Assembly: GCA_029263075.1 (NCBI GenBank)
Contig: JAJCYE010000019.1
Span: 10,454 to 74,453, forward strand
Direction of reading: 5' to 3'
Source of the DNA: Actinomycetes bacterium
Lineage (GTDB): Bacteria > Actinomycetota > CADDZG01 > JAHWKV01
DNA length: 64,000 nt
Under the pieces are notes generated by a model, which saw only the letters and a list, made by a program, of their open reading frames with translations, was not told the origin of the DNA and searched no databases. Position numbers and translations under genes: made by a program. Positions 1 to 10,106 of this stretch are shown piece after piece (the stretch's first letter is position 1; every line of letters begins with the position of its first letter).

Positions 1-435
1 GATTACGAAGACCAGGAAGAAGGTGAGGACAACTTCGATCAAACCACCCTGCAGCAGGCTTGTGCCGTCACCAAGGGCGGGGGCCCCCGAACCCACGGAC
101 GCCACGATTTCCGAGGAGAAGATCTGCTTGACCACCACTGCGGCCACAAGGCCTCCCAGCAGTTGGGCTGCTACGTAACCACCCAGATCTTTGAGTGAGA
201 GCCGCTTGGCGATGTAAAAGGCCAGACTGACTGCCGGGTTTGCGTAGCCCCCGGAGATCCGGCCGACTGCGGCGATGGCCACAAAAAGCGCCAAACCGAA
301 AGCAAGGGCGATACCCAGGGTCCCCACCGTGCTCTGAAGGTTGACCACCGCCTGCTGCTGATCGGCTACGATCGCAGCCGTCCCGACGAAAACAAGAATA
401 AAAGCAGCAATAAACTCGGCGACATACCTCTTCAA
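1..435 (-). CDS. MIP/aquaporin family channel (3' end runs off the window)
   Basis: Manual translation from TTG at 435 (GGGGGAG RBS): LKRYVAEFIAAFILVFVGT...GRISGGYANPAVSLA, showing the AEF and first NPA motifs. Not in the ORF track because it is truncated. Confidence 0.9.
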   Translation of the reverse strand, partial: MKRYVAEFIAAFILVFVGTAAIVADQQQAVVNLQSTVGTLGIALAFGLALFVAIAAVGRISGGYANPAVSLAFYIAKRLSLKDLGGYVAAQLLGGLVAAVVVKQIFSSEIVASVGSGAPALGDGTSLLQGGLIEVVLTFFLVFVI

Positions 436-482
436 GTAACTCCCCCTTCAGTGTTCGTTTACCAGGTGGCCAGCAGAATCAT

Positions 483-1586
483 ATGCGCCTTCTAGTCATC
501 ACCAACGATTTCCCTCCGAACCCGGGCGGGATCGAGAACTACATCTACTCACTGGTTCGCCGTTGGCCGCCGCATGAGGTGATCGTTGTCACTCGACGGA
601 TGGCGGGCAGCGAACGCTTCGATGCCATGCAGGATTTCGAAATCGTCCGCGAGCCGGTCGATACCCTGTTCCCCAAGCCCGGGCTGGTGCGCCGGCTCAA
701 TCGAATGGTCCATAAACGGGAAATCGATTTGGTTCATTTCCCTTCGGTCCTACCCCTGGGTCTCATGGGAGAAGGCCTCGGCCGACCCTACGCCCTCACC
801 ATTCACGGTGGCGAGTTCGTTCTCGCTTCGCGCATCCCGGGCGCCAGAACCGCCCTGAAGGCCGTCTGCAGGGGGGCCGGGATGATCATGCCCGAGTCGT
901 CGTTCGCCGAGTCTTTGGTGACGGCGCTGCTCGGGCCGCAAGTTCCGATGGCCCGGGTTACCTGCGGGGTGGATGTGGATCGGTATGCCCGGGGGGCGGC
1001 CGACCCGGTGACCCTCGGGACGGACGGCCCAGTAGTCGTGTCGGTCGGCCGGCAGATTCCGCGCAAAGGCGGGCGCACCCTCATTAGCGCTTTTCCGGAG
1101 GTCCTGAAGTCCCACCCCGACGCCCACCTGATGATCGTCGGTGGGGGACCGGATCTAGCGCGCCTTGAGGACATGGTCGCCGAAGGCCGGCTCGAAGCAT
1201 CGGTCACCCTCGCGGGGCCGCAGCCGTGGGATCGAATCCCCGGCTACCTGGCGGCTGCAGACATCTTTGCTCTGCCGACCAGAACCAGATTCCTGGGGAC
1301 CGAAACCGAGGGCCTGCCCTTGGTCTACGTTGAGGCCGCCGCCGCCGGACTACCCCTGATCGGGGCGGACGTCGGGGGGGTTTGCGACGCGGTCCGCCCC
1401 GGGGAGACTGGTCTGCTCGTCGACGGCTCAGATCCCGGTCAGACCGCCTCCGCGATCGTCGGCCTCATGGACGACCCGGGCGAGGCTCGCCGGTTGGGCT
1501 CGGGCGCTCGGAAGATGGTCGAGCAGGAGTTCAGTTGGGATGCAATCTACGGCCTTTATCGCAAGGCGATGGAGAGTGCCCGCTAG
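483..1586 (+). CDS. Glycosyltransferase family 4 (PimB/MgtA-like)
   Basis: N-terminal TNDFPP..GGIE motif and C-terminal [14 protein letters not shown] (EX7E) motif. Confidence 0.9.
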   Translation: MRLLVITNDFPPNPGGIENYIYSLVRRWPPHEVIVVTRRMAGSERFDAMQDFEIVREPVDTLFPKPGLVRRLNRMVHKREIDLVHFPSVLPLGLMGEGLGRPYALTIHGGEFVLASRIPGARTALKAVCRGAGMIMPESSFAESLVTALLGPQVPMARVTCGVDVDRYARGAADPVTLGTDGPVVVSVGRQIPRKGGRTLISAFPEVLKSHPDAHLMIVGGGPDLARLEDMVAEGRLEASVTLAGPQPWDRIPGYLAAADIFALPTRTRFLGTETEGLPLVYVEAAAAGLPLIGADVGGVCDAVRPGETGLLVDGSDPGQTASAIVGLMDDPGEARRLGSGARKMVEQEFSWDAIYGLYRKAMESAR

Positions 1587-4309
1587 GAGCGCCGCCTGCG
1601 ACGCGTGCGGTGTGCTGAGGGCGCACCCCGGTTTGCCAGCGCGCCGAGAGCTATCAGCGCCAGCGCCAGCGCGAACCACTCAAGGCTGGCGACTCCGGTC
1701 CGGCTGAGCCTCGAAGGAGGCGGGCTGGCCCCTGCCGCGGGAGTGGGGGAGGGTGTTGGAGAGGCGGTTGCCGTCGGCTGCGGAGTAGGACTGGTCGTCG
1801 GGGTGGGTGAGGCCGAGGGGCTGGGTGTCGGGGTTGCCGAGGCCGAGGGGCTGGGTGTCGGGCTCGGGGTGGCGACCAAAGGCTCGGTTAGAAGCACAAG
1901 CACGGAGTCATCGTCGGTGGCCGTGTTGCCTTCGTTGTCCACCGCCGAGGCGATGGTGCGGCTCGTCTGGCGATCACCGTTTACGCCGGTCAACGATGCC
2001 GTGTAGCTGCATGTGTAGGTCGCTCCGACCTGAATCGTTCCGCCGGTGCTACAGGATCCCCGGCCGTTCAGATCACCGTGAATGTCGTCCCCCAATGACG
2101 TGAGAACCACGTTCTCGACGCTCTGGTTGGCGATCTCCACCTGGAACGTGAAGGTCCCCCCCGGGGCGGGCAAGCTGGAAGGAGAAGCCTGTTTGTCCAC
2201 AGCGATCACCGGGGCAGTGTCGGTGATGGTCAGGGTCGTCGCCGGGGCGCTGTCGCTCACCACAGCCTCCCCGGGTCCGGTTGCGGTTACGGTGGCGATG
2301 CTGGTCCGGCTGGCCCCTGAGTCACCTATGAACTGGACGGTGAACTGACAGGTCAGGTTCTGACCCGCCGGGACCACCCTCCCTATCAGCAGGTTGCAGG
2401 TGTTAGGCGCTGGGAGTGCGGCGACGTTCCCATACAGGCTGTCGACTATCGAGGTAATGGTGATGTCGACCGGATTGCTTGTATTGGTGACCATGACGCT
2501 GTAGACCACCGGTCCGCCTGGTTCCGGCTGCGACGCCGGGCTGGCGGTGGCGTCGATCTGAACCCTCGGGGTTTCGGGGGGGACCGGCGTGGTTAACGTA
2601 ACGGTGGCGTCGTCCTGTCCGGTTGCCGTGTTTCCGGCGACATCGGTGGCGATTGCAGTCACGGTGTCGGTTTCCGAAGTACCTGCCGCACCGGTAAACG
2701 TGCCCTCAAAAGAGCAGGACAGGGTTGCACCGGCACTGATGGTAGCGCCGATGAGGTCGTCGCAGGTGTTGACTCCGGCCCTGGTGGACAGGTTGCCGTA
2801 AACGCTGTCGGCGAGGGAGGTGATCACCAACGGCACCGTGGAGGTGTTGGTCACGCCCACCGAAAACGTGAAGACGCCGGAGGGGGCCGGCAAAGAGGTG
2901 GGGGCTGCCGTCTTAGCAACCGTGATGGTTGGGAGGGGGACTACGGTAACCATCTCTGACGCATCGTTGCAGGCTCCGCTCGCCGGGTTGTTGTTGGCGT
3001 CACCGCTGTAGGCAGCGACGAACCGGTACTCGCCGGGCGTCGTAGGGACGAACGCCGGAGTTGCGCCGTAGGAGCCGTTGCCCGCCACGGCAACCGTGGC
3101 GGTGTAGACGGGTGCCCCGGCGCAGGTTGGGTCGCCGGGTCCGTAAGCGTCAAACCTGATGGTGCCGCCCGGGTTGCTGCCCCCGGCGATGGTTGCCGTA
3201 TCGACGACCTGCTGGCCAACCGAGGCCGTCGCCGGGGCGACCTGCGTGGAGATGGTGGGGGTAACCGGTCCGACCGTGGTGACGAGCACCGACTCGCCCG
3301 CATCGTTGCATGCCCCCGAAACCGGGTTATTGCCGTCGTCGCCCCCGTATCGGGCGATCCAACGGTAGGTGCCCGCCGCCGCCGGGGTGAACGCGTCTGA
3401 GGTGTAGGAACCATTTCCGGTCACCGGCTTGCTGTTGGTGAAGACCGCGGGCGAAGCGCAGGTGGCGTCGTCCGGGCCGAACAACTCAAAGTTGATGTTG
3501 CCCGTCGGGCTGTTTCCCCCCGCCAGCGTGGCAGTGTCGCTGACCTGTCCACCCAGGACAACCGGGGCAGAGGCGGTGGTGGAGATGGTGGGGGTAACCG
3601 GTCCGAGCGTTCCGGGGACCGTGGTGATGTCCTCGTTGGAGGTCGTCAGGGGCGTGCCGTTGAGGTGGGTCCCGGCGGCGAACGCCAGATTGTAGGTCGA
3701 GATGCCCGCCTCGCCCGGCAGCACATCCACCGCGGGCGCCTTCAAGACATCGAAGGTGAACAGGATTCGGCATCGATCCAGGTCGGATGCAATGTCGACG
3801 GCGGTAAGGACCACCGGCAGTCCGTCCGCGGGGGTAAAGCTGACCTGGCCGGTAGTGGGATTGATGATGTTGATGTCGAAAGTCCTGCCGGCGCACGCCG
3901 ACCCGGCTTCCCCGGTTCCGGTTGCGCTTAGGGCGAAGGTCCCCGGGTCCGCCGACGCAGGTACATCGTCGCAGTTCACATCGAAAGACGAACAAGACGG
4001 AACCAGGGTCATCGTAGTTATGTTGATGCTTCCCGTTCCGTCCGGTGGGCTTGAGCTGTTGATAACGGTGAAGTTTGCCGGGACCGAAGTGTCGCCGACG
4101 TTGACCTGCGTCGGGAAGGCGACGATCACCCCAAGGACGGCCGTAGCCTGGGCAGAAGTGATGGGGACCAGGCTCGCCACCAGCATGAGGGCGACGAGGA
4201 TGCCGTTCCGGCGTCGACGCTGGACCGATGTCGGATCCTCCAGAACCCGCCCGGTTCTCCAGAACACAGACGCGCTCCGGCGTGGTGAGAGATTTCTCTC
4301 GCCCTTCAT
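1583..4309 (-). CDS. Large secreted, cell-wall-anchored repeat protein (Ig-like/DUF11-like repeats, PT/PS linker, LSRTG sorting signal)
   Basis: GGGAGG RBS; signal peptide [25 protein letters not shown]; two ~110-aa repeats and three ~120-aa Cys-containing repeats; PTPSPS linker; LSRTG followed by a hydrophobic helix and an RRRRRS tail. Confidence 0.8.
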   Translation of the reverse strand: MKGERNLSPRRSASVFWRTGRVLEDPTSVQRRRRNGILVALMLVASLVPITSAQATAVLGVIVAFPTQVNVGDTSVPANFTVINSSSPPDGTGSINITTMTLVPSCSSFDVNCDDVPASADPGTFALSATGTGEAGSACAGRTFDINIINPTTGQVSFTPADGLPVVLTAVDIASDLDRCRILFTFDVLKAPAVDVLPGEAGISTYNLAFAAGTHLNGTPLTTSNEDITTVPGTLGPVTPTISTTASAPVVLGGQVSDTATLAGGNSPTGNINFELFGPDDATCASPAVFTNSKPVTGNGSYTSDAFTPAAAGTYRWIARYGGDDGNNPVSGACNDAGESVLVTTVGPVTPTISTQVAPATASVGQQVVDTATIAGGSNPGGTIRFDAYGPGDPTCAGAPVYTATVAVAGNGSYGATPAFVPTTPGEYRFVAAYSGDANNNPASGACNDASEMVTVVPLPTITVAKTAAPTSLPAPSGVFTFSVGVTNTSTVPLVITSLADSVYGNLSTRAGVNTCDDLIGATISAGATLSCSFEGTFTGAAGTSETDTVTAIATDVAGNTATGQDDATVTLTTPVPPETPRVQIDATASPASQPEPGGPVVYSVMVTNTSNPVDITITSIVDSLYGNVAALPAPNTCNLLIGRVVPAGQNLTCQFTVQFIGDSGASRTSIATVTATGPGEAVVSDSAPATTLTITDTAPVIAVDKQASPSSLPAPGGTFTFQVEIANQSVENVVLTSLGDDIHGDLNGRGSCSTGGTIQVGATYTCSYTASLTGVNGDRQTSRTIASAVDNEGNTATDDDSVLVLLTEPLVATPSPTPSPSASATPTPSPSASPTPTTSPTPQPTATASPTPSPTPAAGASPPPSRLSRTGVASLEWFALALALIALGALANRGAPSAHRTRRRRRS
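1809..1862. repeat. Tandem repeat with 30-bp period (24 bp identical), encoding the PTPSPSAS linker
   Basis: GAGGCCGAGGGGCTGGGTGTCGGG at 1809-1832 and 1839-1862. Confidence 0.85.
3246..3606. repeat. 28-bp exact direct repeat marking a domain duplication in the surface protein
   Basis: GTGGAGATGGTGGGGGTAACCGGTCCGA at 3246-3273 and 3579-3606 (GPVTPTIST twice). Confidence 0.85.
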
Positions 4310-4494
4310 CCCGACCTCCCGGCTTGCGCCAAATCGATAGAAGTCTTCGGCCCCGAAAGACTTCCTAGCCGGAATCTAGCAGAATCAGGGGCGAAATTGG
4401 CAGATCGCCGCCGATTCCCGGTCGGAAACGAACCCTCGGTCACGTTCTCGGTTGACGTACGCTTGGGGAGGTCCCAAATCTTCAGGAGGCAGCC

Positions 4495-4686
4495 ATTTTT
4501 CCCAAAACGTTCGGCACAGTGTTGATGATCGTCGGGACGATATGGATTGTTCAGGGTGCCGGGATTGCGGCCACGGGCTCATTTATGGACGGGCGAAAGA
4601 TCTGGGCGGTGTTGGGGGCCGGACTGTTTGTTGCCGGTTCGGTTTCGATGGTGGTTCAGAACCGTAGGAACAAACAACCGAAGTAG
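4495..4686 (+). CDS. Small two-TM membrane protein; probable ATT start (alternative GTG at 4519)
   Basis: IFPKTFGTVLMIVGTIWIVQGAGIAATGSFMDGRKIWAVLGAGLFVAGSVSMVVQNRRNKQPK*. AGGAGG lies 5 nt before the ATT. The G..W..QG.G...GSFM.G...W pattern resembles a common actinobacterial small membrane protein. Missing from the ORF track. Confidence 0.65.
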   Translation: MFPKTFGTVLMIVGTIWIVQGAGIAATGSFMDGRKIWAVLGAGLFVAGSVSMVVQNRRNKQPK

Positions 4687-4693
4687 GTGCCTT

Positions 4694-5074
4694 TCAGTCG
4701 GGCAGCACCGCGATGGCTTCGATCTCGAACAGGGCGTTTTTGGGCAGGGTTCTGACCGCTACCGTGCTCCGTGCCGGGGGCAACTCCGTGAAAAACCCGG
4801 CGTAGATTTCATTCATGGCCGGGAAGTCCTCCATGGATGCCAGGAAAACGGTGGTCTTTACGACGTCGCCCGCCCCGATACCTGCTGCTCGCAGAACTGC
4901 GTTGAGGTTCTCCAGCGCTTGGCGGACCTGCGCCTGTAGGCCCTCCGCCAGTTCGGCGGTCACCGGGTCGAGCCCCAGTTGTCCGGAGCAGAACACAAGT
5001 CCGTTGACGGCCATCGCTTGGGAGTAGGGGCCGATTGCGGCCGGGGCTTCGGTGGTGGATATGACCCGCTTCAT
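4694..5074 (-). CDS. ridA: RidA/YjgF/UK114 reactive-intermediate deaminase
   Basis: APAAIGPYSQA, SGQLG, VVKTTVFL, PARSTV and EIEAIA motifs. Confidence 0.92.
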   Translation of the reverse strand: MKRVISTTEAPAAIGPYSQAMAVNGLVFCSGQLGLDPVTAELAEGLQAQVRQALENLNAVLRAAGIGAGDVVKTTVFLASMEDFPAMNEIYAGFFTELPPARSTVAVRTLPKNALFEIEAIAVLPD

Positions 5075-5254
5075 CACTAAAACTGCCTCCTTGTTCAAGG
5101 TAAGGATCGCTTTCGAGTACACCACAGGACCGGCGGTGCTTGAAACCGGCGGTGCCTCCATATCCTCAGGCTGTGCCTGAGGCTGTGCTAGCGTGAAAGT
5201 TCATTTGTGCGTAAACAGGCGGCGTTTAAGCCTGAACTGAGAGAGGAGTCTTAC

Positions 5255-5410
5255 ATGGCCGAGGAGTACGAAGGCTACTGCGTGAAGTGCCGGACGAAGC
5301 GGACGTTCCAGGGCGAAAAAAAGGATCTGCCGAACGGTCGGAAAGCGGCCCAGGGACTTTGTCCCGAGTGCGGGACCAAGGTCACGCGCATGCTGGGCAA
5401 GTCGGCCTAG
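5255..5410 (+). CDS. DUF5679-type small zinc-ribbon protein
   Basis: GAGGAG RBS; MAEEYEGYCVKCR...NGR.A.QG.CPECGTKV.R, with two CxxC pairs. Confidence 0.85.
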   Translation: MAEEYEGYCVKCRTKRTFQGEKKDLPNGRKAAQGLCPECGTKVTRMLGKSA

Positions 5411-6354
5411 CCGGACAACTCGCTTGAGGCGTACCGCCGGGCCATGGACGCGGCGGTCGCCTTCAGCTTTTGTTTCAAAGACTCGGGTTCAATCAATCGG
5501 GCCTCGGGGCCCAGTCTGAGTAGCAGCCTCTCGAGCCACGCCGTTCCCCCGGCCTTCAAGCTGATCCTTATCCATCCGTCGTCCAGTAACTCTTGCGACG
5601 TAAGAGGGTAGTAGTCGCAAACCCAGTTTGCCCTAGGGTCAATCTCCAGAGTCACCGACATCGCTTGGTCGCTTTCGAAGTACACCGCGTCGTACCGGGA
5701 GAGGTCGAAATCTGCGGGGATCGGCGCAGCTTGGTCCATGGCCACGACGCTGCGCATTCGGTCCACCCGGAAGATTCGTTCATCCCCAACCCGGTGGCAG
5801 AAGCCGAGTAGGTACCAGCGGCCGTCGGACAAGAGCAGTGCCCAGGGATCCACTTCCCGCTCGGTCACCTCGTCCTTGGACTGCGATTGGTATACCAACT
5901 GCAGACGCCGACGGCTTTCCAGTGCTTGTTTGACCACCGATAGCTCTTTGGGAGCCTCCAGGCCCACACTTACCCGCTCGAGGGCTCCTGGTGCCAAGGC
6001 CTTCGACAGCTGCTCCATTGCCCGTTCCAGCGCCGGGTCGGGGCCGGATACCGCGGCCAGCGCCTGGCCTCCTGCGTACAACATCAGCCCTTCGGCCGGG
6101 GTGAGGCGCATCGGTCTCGAAAAGTAGTCCGCCATGCGGATCCAGACCCGGCCGTCGTCGATGTATGCCTCGATCAGATCCCCCGGCCCGTAGCCGGGTA
6201 GGCCGCACATGAACAATAGGTTCAGGTCGGCCGCCAGTTCCGAGCGGGAGATGGCGAAGCGCTCCGAGATTTCTTTCACGGAGACGCCGTTGTTGCGAAG
6301 AACGTAGGGCACCAGCAGCAACAGCCGCCTGAAGCGCCCCTCAAGGTCAGCCAC
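5407..6354 (-). CDS. pafC: PafC, WYL-domain transcriptional regulator
   Basis: GTG at 6354 overlaps the pafB stop; HTH RLLLLVPY..., CGLPGYGPGDLI, WYL and FRVDRM motifs. Confidence 0.9.
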   Translation of the reverse strand: MADLEGRFRRLLLLVPYVLRNNGVSVKEISERFAISRSELAADLNLLFMCGLPGYGPGDLIEAYIDDGRVWIRMADYFSRPMRLTPAEGLMLYAGGQALAAVSGPDPALERAMEQLSKALAPGALERVSVGLEAPKELSVVKQALESRRRLQLVYQSQSKDEVTEREVDPWALLLSDGRWYLLGFCHRVGDERIFRVDRMRSVVAMDQAAPIPADFDLSRYDAVYFESDQAMSVTLEIDPRANWVCDYYPLTSQELLDDGWIRISLKAGGTAWLERLLLRLGPEARLIEPESLKQKLKATAASMARRYASSELSG

Positions 6355-7309
6355 AGATCTCCTCCAGGCGTTTGCGGGTAAGTTCCCGCAGGCGCGGTGG
6401 CTCCAGGACCTCGGCCCCCTCCCCGAATCCCAACAGCCAGGAAATGAACCCGGAGTCGTCGGCCACCTCGACCTCTGCTGTGGCGCCGAGAGCGCCGTCG
6501 GGCTCCAGACGTAGCCATGGCTGGCTTCGCTCCACCCACCATGAGGTCGAGTGGTCGAAACGTACGATGGCCTTTTCCGGGAGCGAACCCTGAACAAACG
6601 GGGGCCGGTCCAGGTATCCCTGCACCGAAAACCCTTCAGGTATTTCGAACTCAGGGCCCGGACGGCTGGGGTGAGTCAGGTGGATTGCTCCCTCCACGCG
6701 GTCGATGCGGAATGATCGAACCTCCTCATTCTTTTCGTCCCGGCCGATCAGGTACCACTTTCCCCGGCGGTGAGTGAGCCCGTAAGGCTCTACGGTACGG
6801 CTCCGGGTGCCCTGTTTGCTGCGATAGGGAAAGCTCACCTTCTTCTTCTCTCCCACGCTCTCAAGCGCCACGGAGAGATTGGGAGCTGCCAGGCCCATGT
6901 CGGCGGTCAGCCAGGAAAGGTTGGCTTCCGCTGGAGGGGGAGCGCCTTCGGTCAACTTCATCAGGGCGCTGCGAGCGGGACCGGGGTCGTTCATCCGGAG
7001 CAGGCCGGCGGCCAGCCACAAAGCTGCCAATTCGTCCGGCTCGAGATGCAGGTCGGGCAGGTAGTAGCGGTCTTTGGGGATGCGGTAGCCCTGCTCGGTG
7101 TCCCACGCGTCCACGGCGGTCAGTTCCACCGGGATGCCCATCTCCCGGAGTTCTTCCTTGTCGCGCTCGAACATCCGCTTAAAGGTGTCCCAGCTGTCCT
7201 GTCCGTAGCCGGGAATGGTTCGGTGGATCTGCTCGGCGGTGACCGGCTGGGTGGTCTCCAGCAGCATAACGATGAGGTTAAGAAGTCTTTCCGACTTACG
7301 AACGGGCAA
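6347..7309 (-). CDS. pafB: PafB, WYL-domain transcriptional regulator
   Basis: KSERLLNL, FKRMFERDKEELREMG, WYLIG and SFRIDR motifs; located in the Pup locus. Confidence 0.92.
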   Translation of the reverse strand: MPVRKSERLLNLIVMLLETTQPVTAEQIHRTIPGYGQDSWDTFKRMFERDKEELREMGIPVELTAVDAWDTEQGYRIPKDRYYLPDLHLEPDELAALWLAAGLLRMNDPGPARSALMKLTEGAPPPAEANLSWLTADMGLAAPNLSVALESVGEKKKVSFPYRSKQGTRSRTVEPYGLTHRRGKWYLIGRDEKNEEVRSFRIDRVEGAIHLTHPSRPGPEFEIPEGFSVQGYLDRPPFVQGSLPEKAIVRFDHSTSWWVERSQPWLRLEPDGALGATAEVEVADDSGFISWLLGFGEGAEVLEPPRLRELTRKRLEEICG

Positions 7310-7341
7310 CGCCTACCTCCACGCCCAGCGAGCCGAACCCT

Positions 7342-8427
7342 CTAGTCGGTTTGATAGAGAAGCTGTCCGGCGAACAGTCCCGCAGCGCCGGCCGCTTCGA
7401 AGAACGCGGGATCGTCCTTGGGGGTACGTCCCATAGAACTGATCGACTCCAGCCCGTAGTTGTGGAGGGCCGGGATGGTCTCCCAAGCGTCGACGATGCG
7501 TACGTCGTGCATCTCGGTCAGTCCGTAGTCGATGAGACTGTTCATGACCAAGGTCAGCTGTTCAACCGGCAGGTCCGGGACCGCCATGGTGCATCGGGCA
7601 AGTGCTCCGAATCGGAGGGCGGTGAGTGTCTGCCTGCTGATCGCCTGGTGGCGGGGCCGGGGATCGGCGAAAGAGATCCTGAGGGCAGCGACCGGGCGCC
7701 CGCCCAGTGATGCCGCCGCGGAGACGACCTGACCCTGCTCCATAGCGCTGTGACCAAGTGAAGTCTGGGTGCCGGTAACTCCCGGGCCCATCGCGACTAT
7801 TGCGATGTCGGCGGAGGCTATCGTGTTGGCCGCCACCAGCCCGCTGAAGATGTTGACGCTCTCGTAGTCCCCGCCGAAAGCATGGCCGCAGGTGACTGTG
7901 GCGTCTATCAGACCCTTCTCCTTCAGGTAGCGCACCATGTTGCTCTGCACCAGAGGGAGGGAGCCGCCGTCGGTCATGACGTAGGCAATCCGAAGATCGG
8001 GGTCCAGCTGTTTGAGCGTGGCAGCCGCCGGCGCGATCTGAGAGTGCAGTCCGCAGGCCACCACGGGCATCCCGTCCAACGACTCGGCGTTCTCAAGAGC
8101 GGCGTGGTGCTCGCTTTCGGGCGACTCCGCCGCCAGAACGTCGAGCTGGCAGGGGCTGTAGCGCAACTTCATGATGTGGCCGCCGGACTTAACGTCGTGC
8201 GATTCGTGTTCCAGATTCCACAAAACGAAGTCGTGGCCGCCCGTTCCCAGGTCCATGTCCACCGCCGTCGTGTTGAGGACGACCTTGTCGCCCAGAGCGA
8301 TTTCTCCGGTCAGGGCGGTGATGTTGCACGCTTGGCGGATTTCATCCCCGACCCGCACACGGATCCTCATCAGTCCCTCAAGGGACTCGGTAATCTCCGA
8401 AACTACGCCGGTGCGAAAGGTAGGCAT
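7342..8427 (-). CDS. DUF3866 family protein (function unknown)
   Basis: LNTTAV..LGTGG, GHIMKLRYSP.Q, LHSQ, YVMTDGG.LP and AFGGD.E motifs. Start set at the ATG 7 nt after a TACAAT -10 box. Confidence 0.85.
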   Translation of the reverse strand: MPTFRTGVVSEITESLEGLMRIRVRVGDEIRQACNITALTGEIALGDKVVLNTTAVDMDLGTGGHDFVLWNLEHESHDVKSGGHIMKLRYSPCQLDVLAAESPESEHHAALENAESLDGMPVVACGLHSQIAPAAATLKQLDPDLRIAYVMTDGGSLPLVQSNMVRYLKEKGLIDATVTCGHAFGGDYESVNIFSGLVAANTIASADIAIVAMGPGVTGTQTSLGHSAMEQGQVVSAAASLGGRPVAALRISFADPRPRHQAISRQTLTALRFGALARCTMAVPDLPVEQLTLVMNSLIDYGLTEMHDVRIVDAWETIPALHNYGLESISSMGRTPKDDPAFFEAAGAAGLFAGQLLYQTD

Positions 8428-8585
8428 CACTTCGATTGTAGTGCGCTTGACCACTTGGCGTATCGGGCGGGAGTTCGGGCATCCTAAGATCAGGCAGATT
8501 TGGGGGTGGATGCGGCTACAAAACAGGGGTTGGCGGGGTTCGGGTTCGGGGTGCGAAGCGGTGTCAGCGCAACGAGAACGGTGCC

Positions 8586-9938
8586 TTAGAGCGACGCGAT
8601 CAGCCGGGCGACCCGGTCGTCGACGCTCTTGAACGGGTCTTTGCACAACAGGGTTCGTTGCGCCTGATCGTTCAGCTTGAGATGGACCCAGTCCACCGTG
8701 AAGTCCCGGCGGCGCCTCTTCGCGGTCTTGATGAACTCGCCGCGCAGTTTGGCCCTTGTGGTCTGGGGAGGCTCCAGCTTGGCTGTGTCGATTTCGGCAT
8801 CGGTTACGTACCGTTCGGCCATCCCGTTGCGCTCCAGCAGGTAGTACAGGCCCCTGCGCCGGCTAACGTCGTGATAGGCGAGGTCCATGAGGGCGAGTTT
8901 GGGGTGACCCAGCCCAAGGCCGTGTTTGGTCCGGTAATCCTGCAGCATCGTGTATTTCATGACCCAGTCGACCTTGGTATCCAGCTTGGTGAAATCGTCC
9001 TCCAGCAACACCAGGCACTCCTCCCAGGCCCGCACGGTTTCTTTCATCTCGGGGTCGTCGCGGCGGTCGACGTAATCCGCGGCCCGGTTGAGGTACTCCC
9101 ACTGCAGATCGATGGCGGAGGCCTCCCGGCCGTTGGCCAACCGGACCTTGCGACGGCAGGTTATGTCGTGGGATATCTCACGGATCGCCCGGATCGGATT
9201 TTCCAGCGACAGGTCCCTCATGACGATTCCTTCCTCCAGCATGCGCAGGAGGACCGCGGTGGTGGCGATCTTGATCCAGGCGGTGTACTCGCTCATGGAG
9301 GAGTCGCCCACGATCACGTGAAGGCGCCGGTACTTTTCGGCGTCGGCGTGGGGTTCGTCGCGGGTGTTGATGATGGGGCGGGACCGGGTGGTGGCCGAAG
9401 AAACGCCCTCCCAGATGTGCTCCGCCCGTTGTGAAATGCAGAAGCGGGCGCCCCTGGCGGTCTGCAGCACCTTGCCCGCTCCGGTGAAGATCTGCCGGGA
9501 GACGAAAAACGGGATCAGATGCTCGGCGAGTTTGCCGAACTCACCGTAACGGCTGACCAGGTAGTTCTCGTGACAGCCGTACGAGTTGCCGGCGGAGTCG
9601 GTGTTGTTCTTGAACAGGTAGACCTGCCCGGCGATGCCCTCCTCCCGAAGCCGCATCTCGGCGGCGTTGACCAAAGCTTCCAGGATGCGTTCGCCCGCCT
9701 TGTCGTGGGCGATGAGTTGACGGATGTCGTCGCACTCAGGCGTTGCGTACTCGGGGTGCGACCCCACATCCAGGTAGAGCCGGGCGCCATTTTCAAGGAA
9801 GACGTTGGAGGAGCGGCCCCAGGAGACAACCCGGCGAAACAGGTATCTGGCGACCTCGTCGGGGGAGAGCCGGCGCTGGCCCCGGAACGTGCAGGTGACG
9901 CCGTACTCGTTCTCCAGGCCGAAGATTCTGCGTTCCAT
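8586..9938 (-). CDS. pafA: Pup--protein ligase
   Basis: [55 protein letters not shown] and DWVHLKLND motifs. Confidence 0.97.
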   Translation of the reverse strand: MERRIFGLENEYGVTCTFRGQRRLSPDEVARYLFRRVVSWGRSSNVFLENGARLYLDVGSHPEYATPECDDIRQLIAHDKAGERILEALVNAAEMRLREEGIAGQVYLFKNNTDSAGNSYGCHENYLVSRYGEFGKLAEHLIPFFVSRQIFTGAGKVLQTARGARFCISQRAEHIWEGVSSATTRSRPIINTRDEPHADAEKYRRLHVIVGDSSMSEYTAWIKIATTAVLLRMLEEGIVMRDLSLENPIRAIREISHDITCRRKVRLANGREASAIDLQWEYLNRAADYVDRRDDPEMKETVRAWEECLVLLEDDFTKLDTKVDWVMKYTMLQDYRTKHGLGLGHPKLALMDLAYHDVSRRRGLYYLLERNGMAERYVTDAEIDTAKLEPPQTTRAKLRGEFIKTAKRRRRDFTVDWVHLKLNDQAQRTLLCKDPFKSVDDRVARLIASL

Positions 9939-10027
9939 CAGGCGGATTCCGCCTGGCTCATGCCGTTCAGGCCCGGAGGGTACCGACCCGTTCCGCACCG
10001 TGCACCATAGTTGCCCTTCAGGCTCAC
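9938..10027 (-). CDS. Putative leaderless uORF (29 aa) translationally coupled to pafA
   Basis: TACACT (10034-10039) lies 6 nt before GTG 10027; its stop overlaps the pafA ATG (TGATG); pafA has no clear SD. Confidence 0.45.
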   Translation of the reverse strand: MSLKGNYGARCGTGRYPPGLNGMSQAESA

Positions 10028-10106
10028 CCAGTCAGTGTAAGGGTATCGAGGACGGCCCGCCCGGTGGCGTCGAAACGGTCCCGAACCACCTCCTACCGGC
10101 ACCCTC

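Noticed and set aside
5407-7309. WYL proteins as markers of an anti-phage defence island
   Set aside because: Sequence and context identify them as housekeeping PafB/PafC; no defence genes are adjacent.
8441-8585. CCCGAACCCG element suggestive of a c-di-AMP (ydaO) riboswitch
   Set aside because: Other conserved ydaO segments are absent, and it lies upstream of the DUF3866 promoter.
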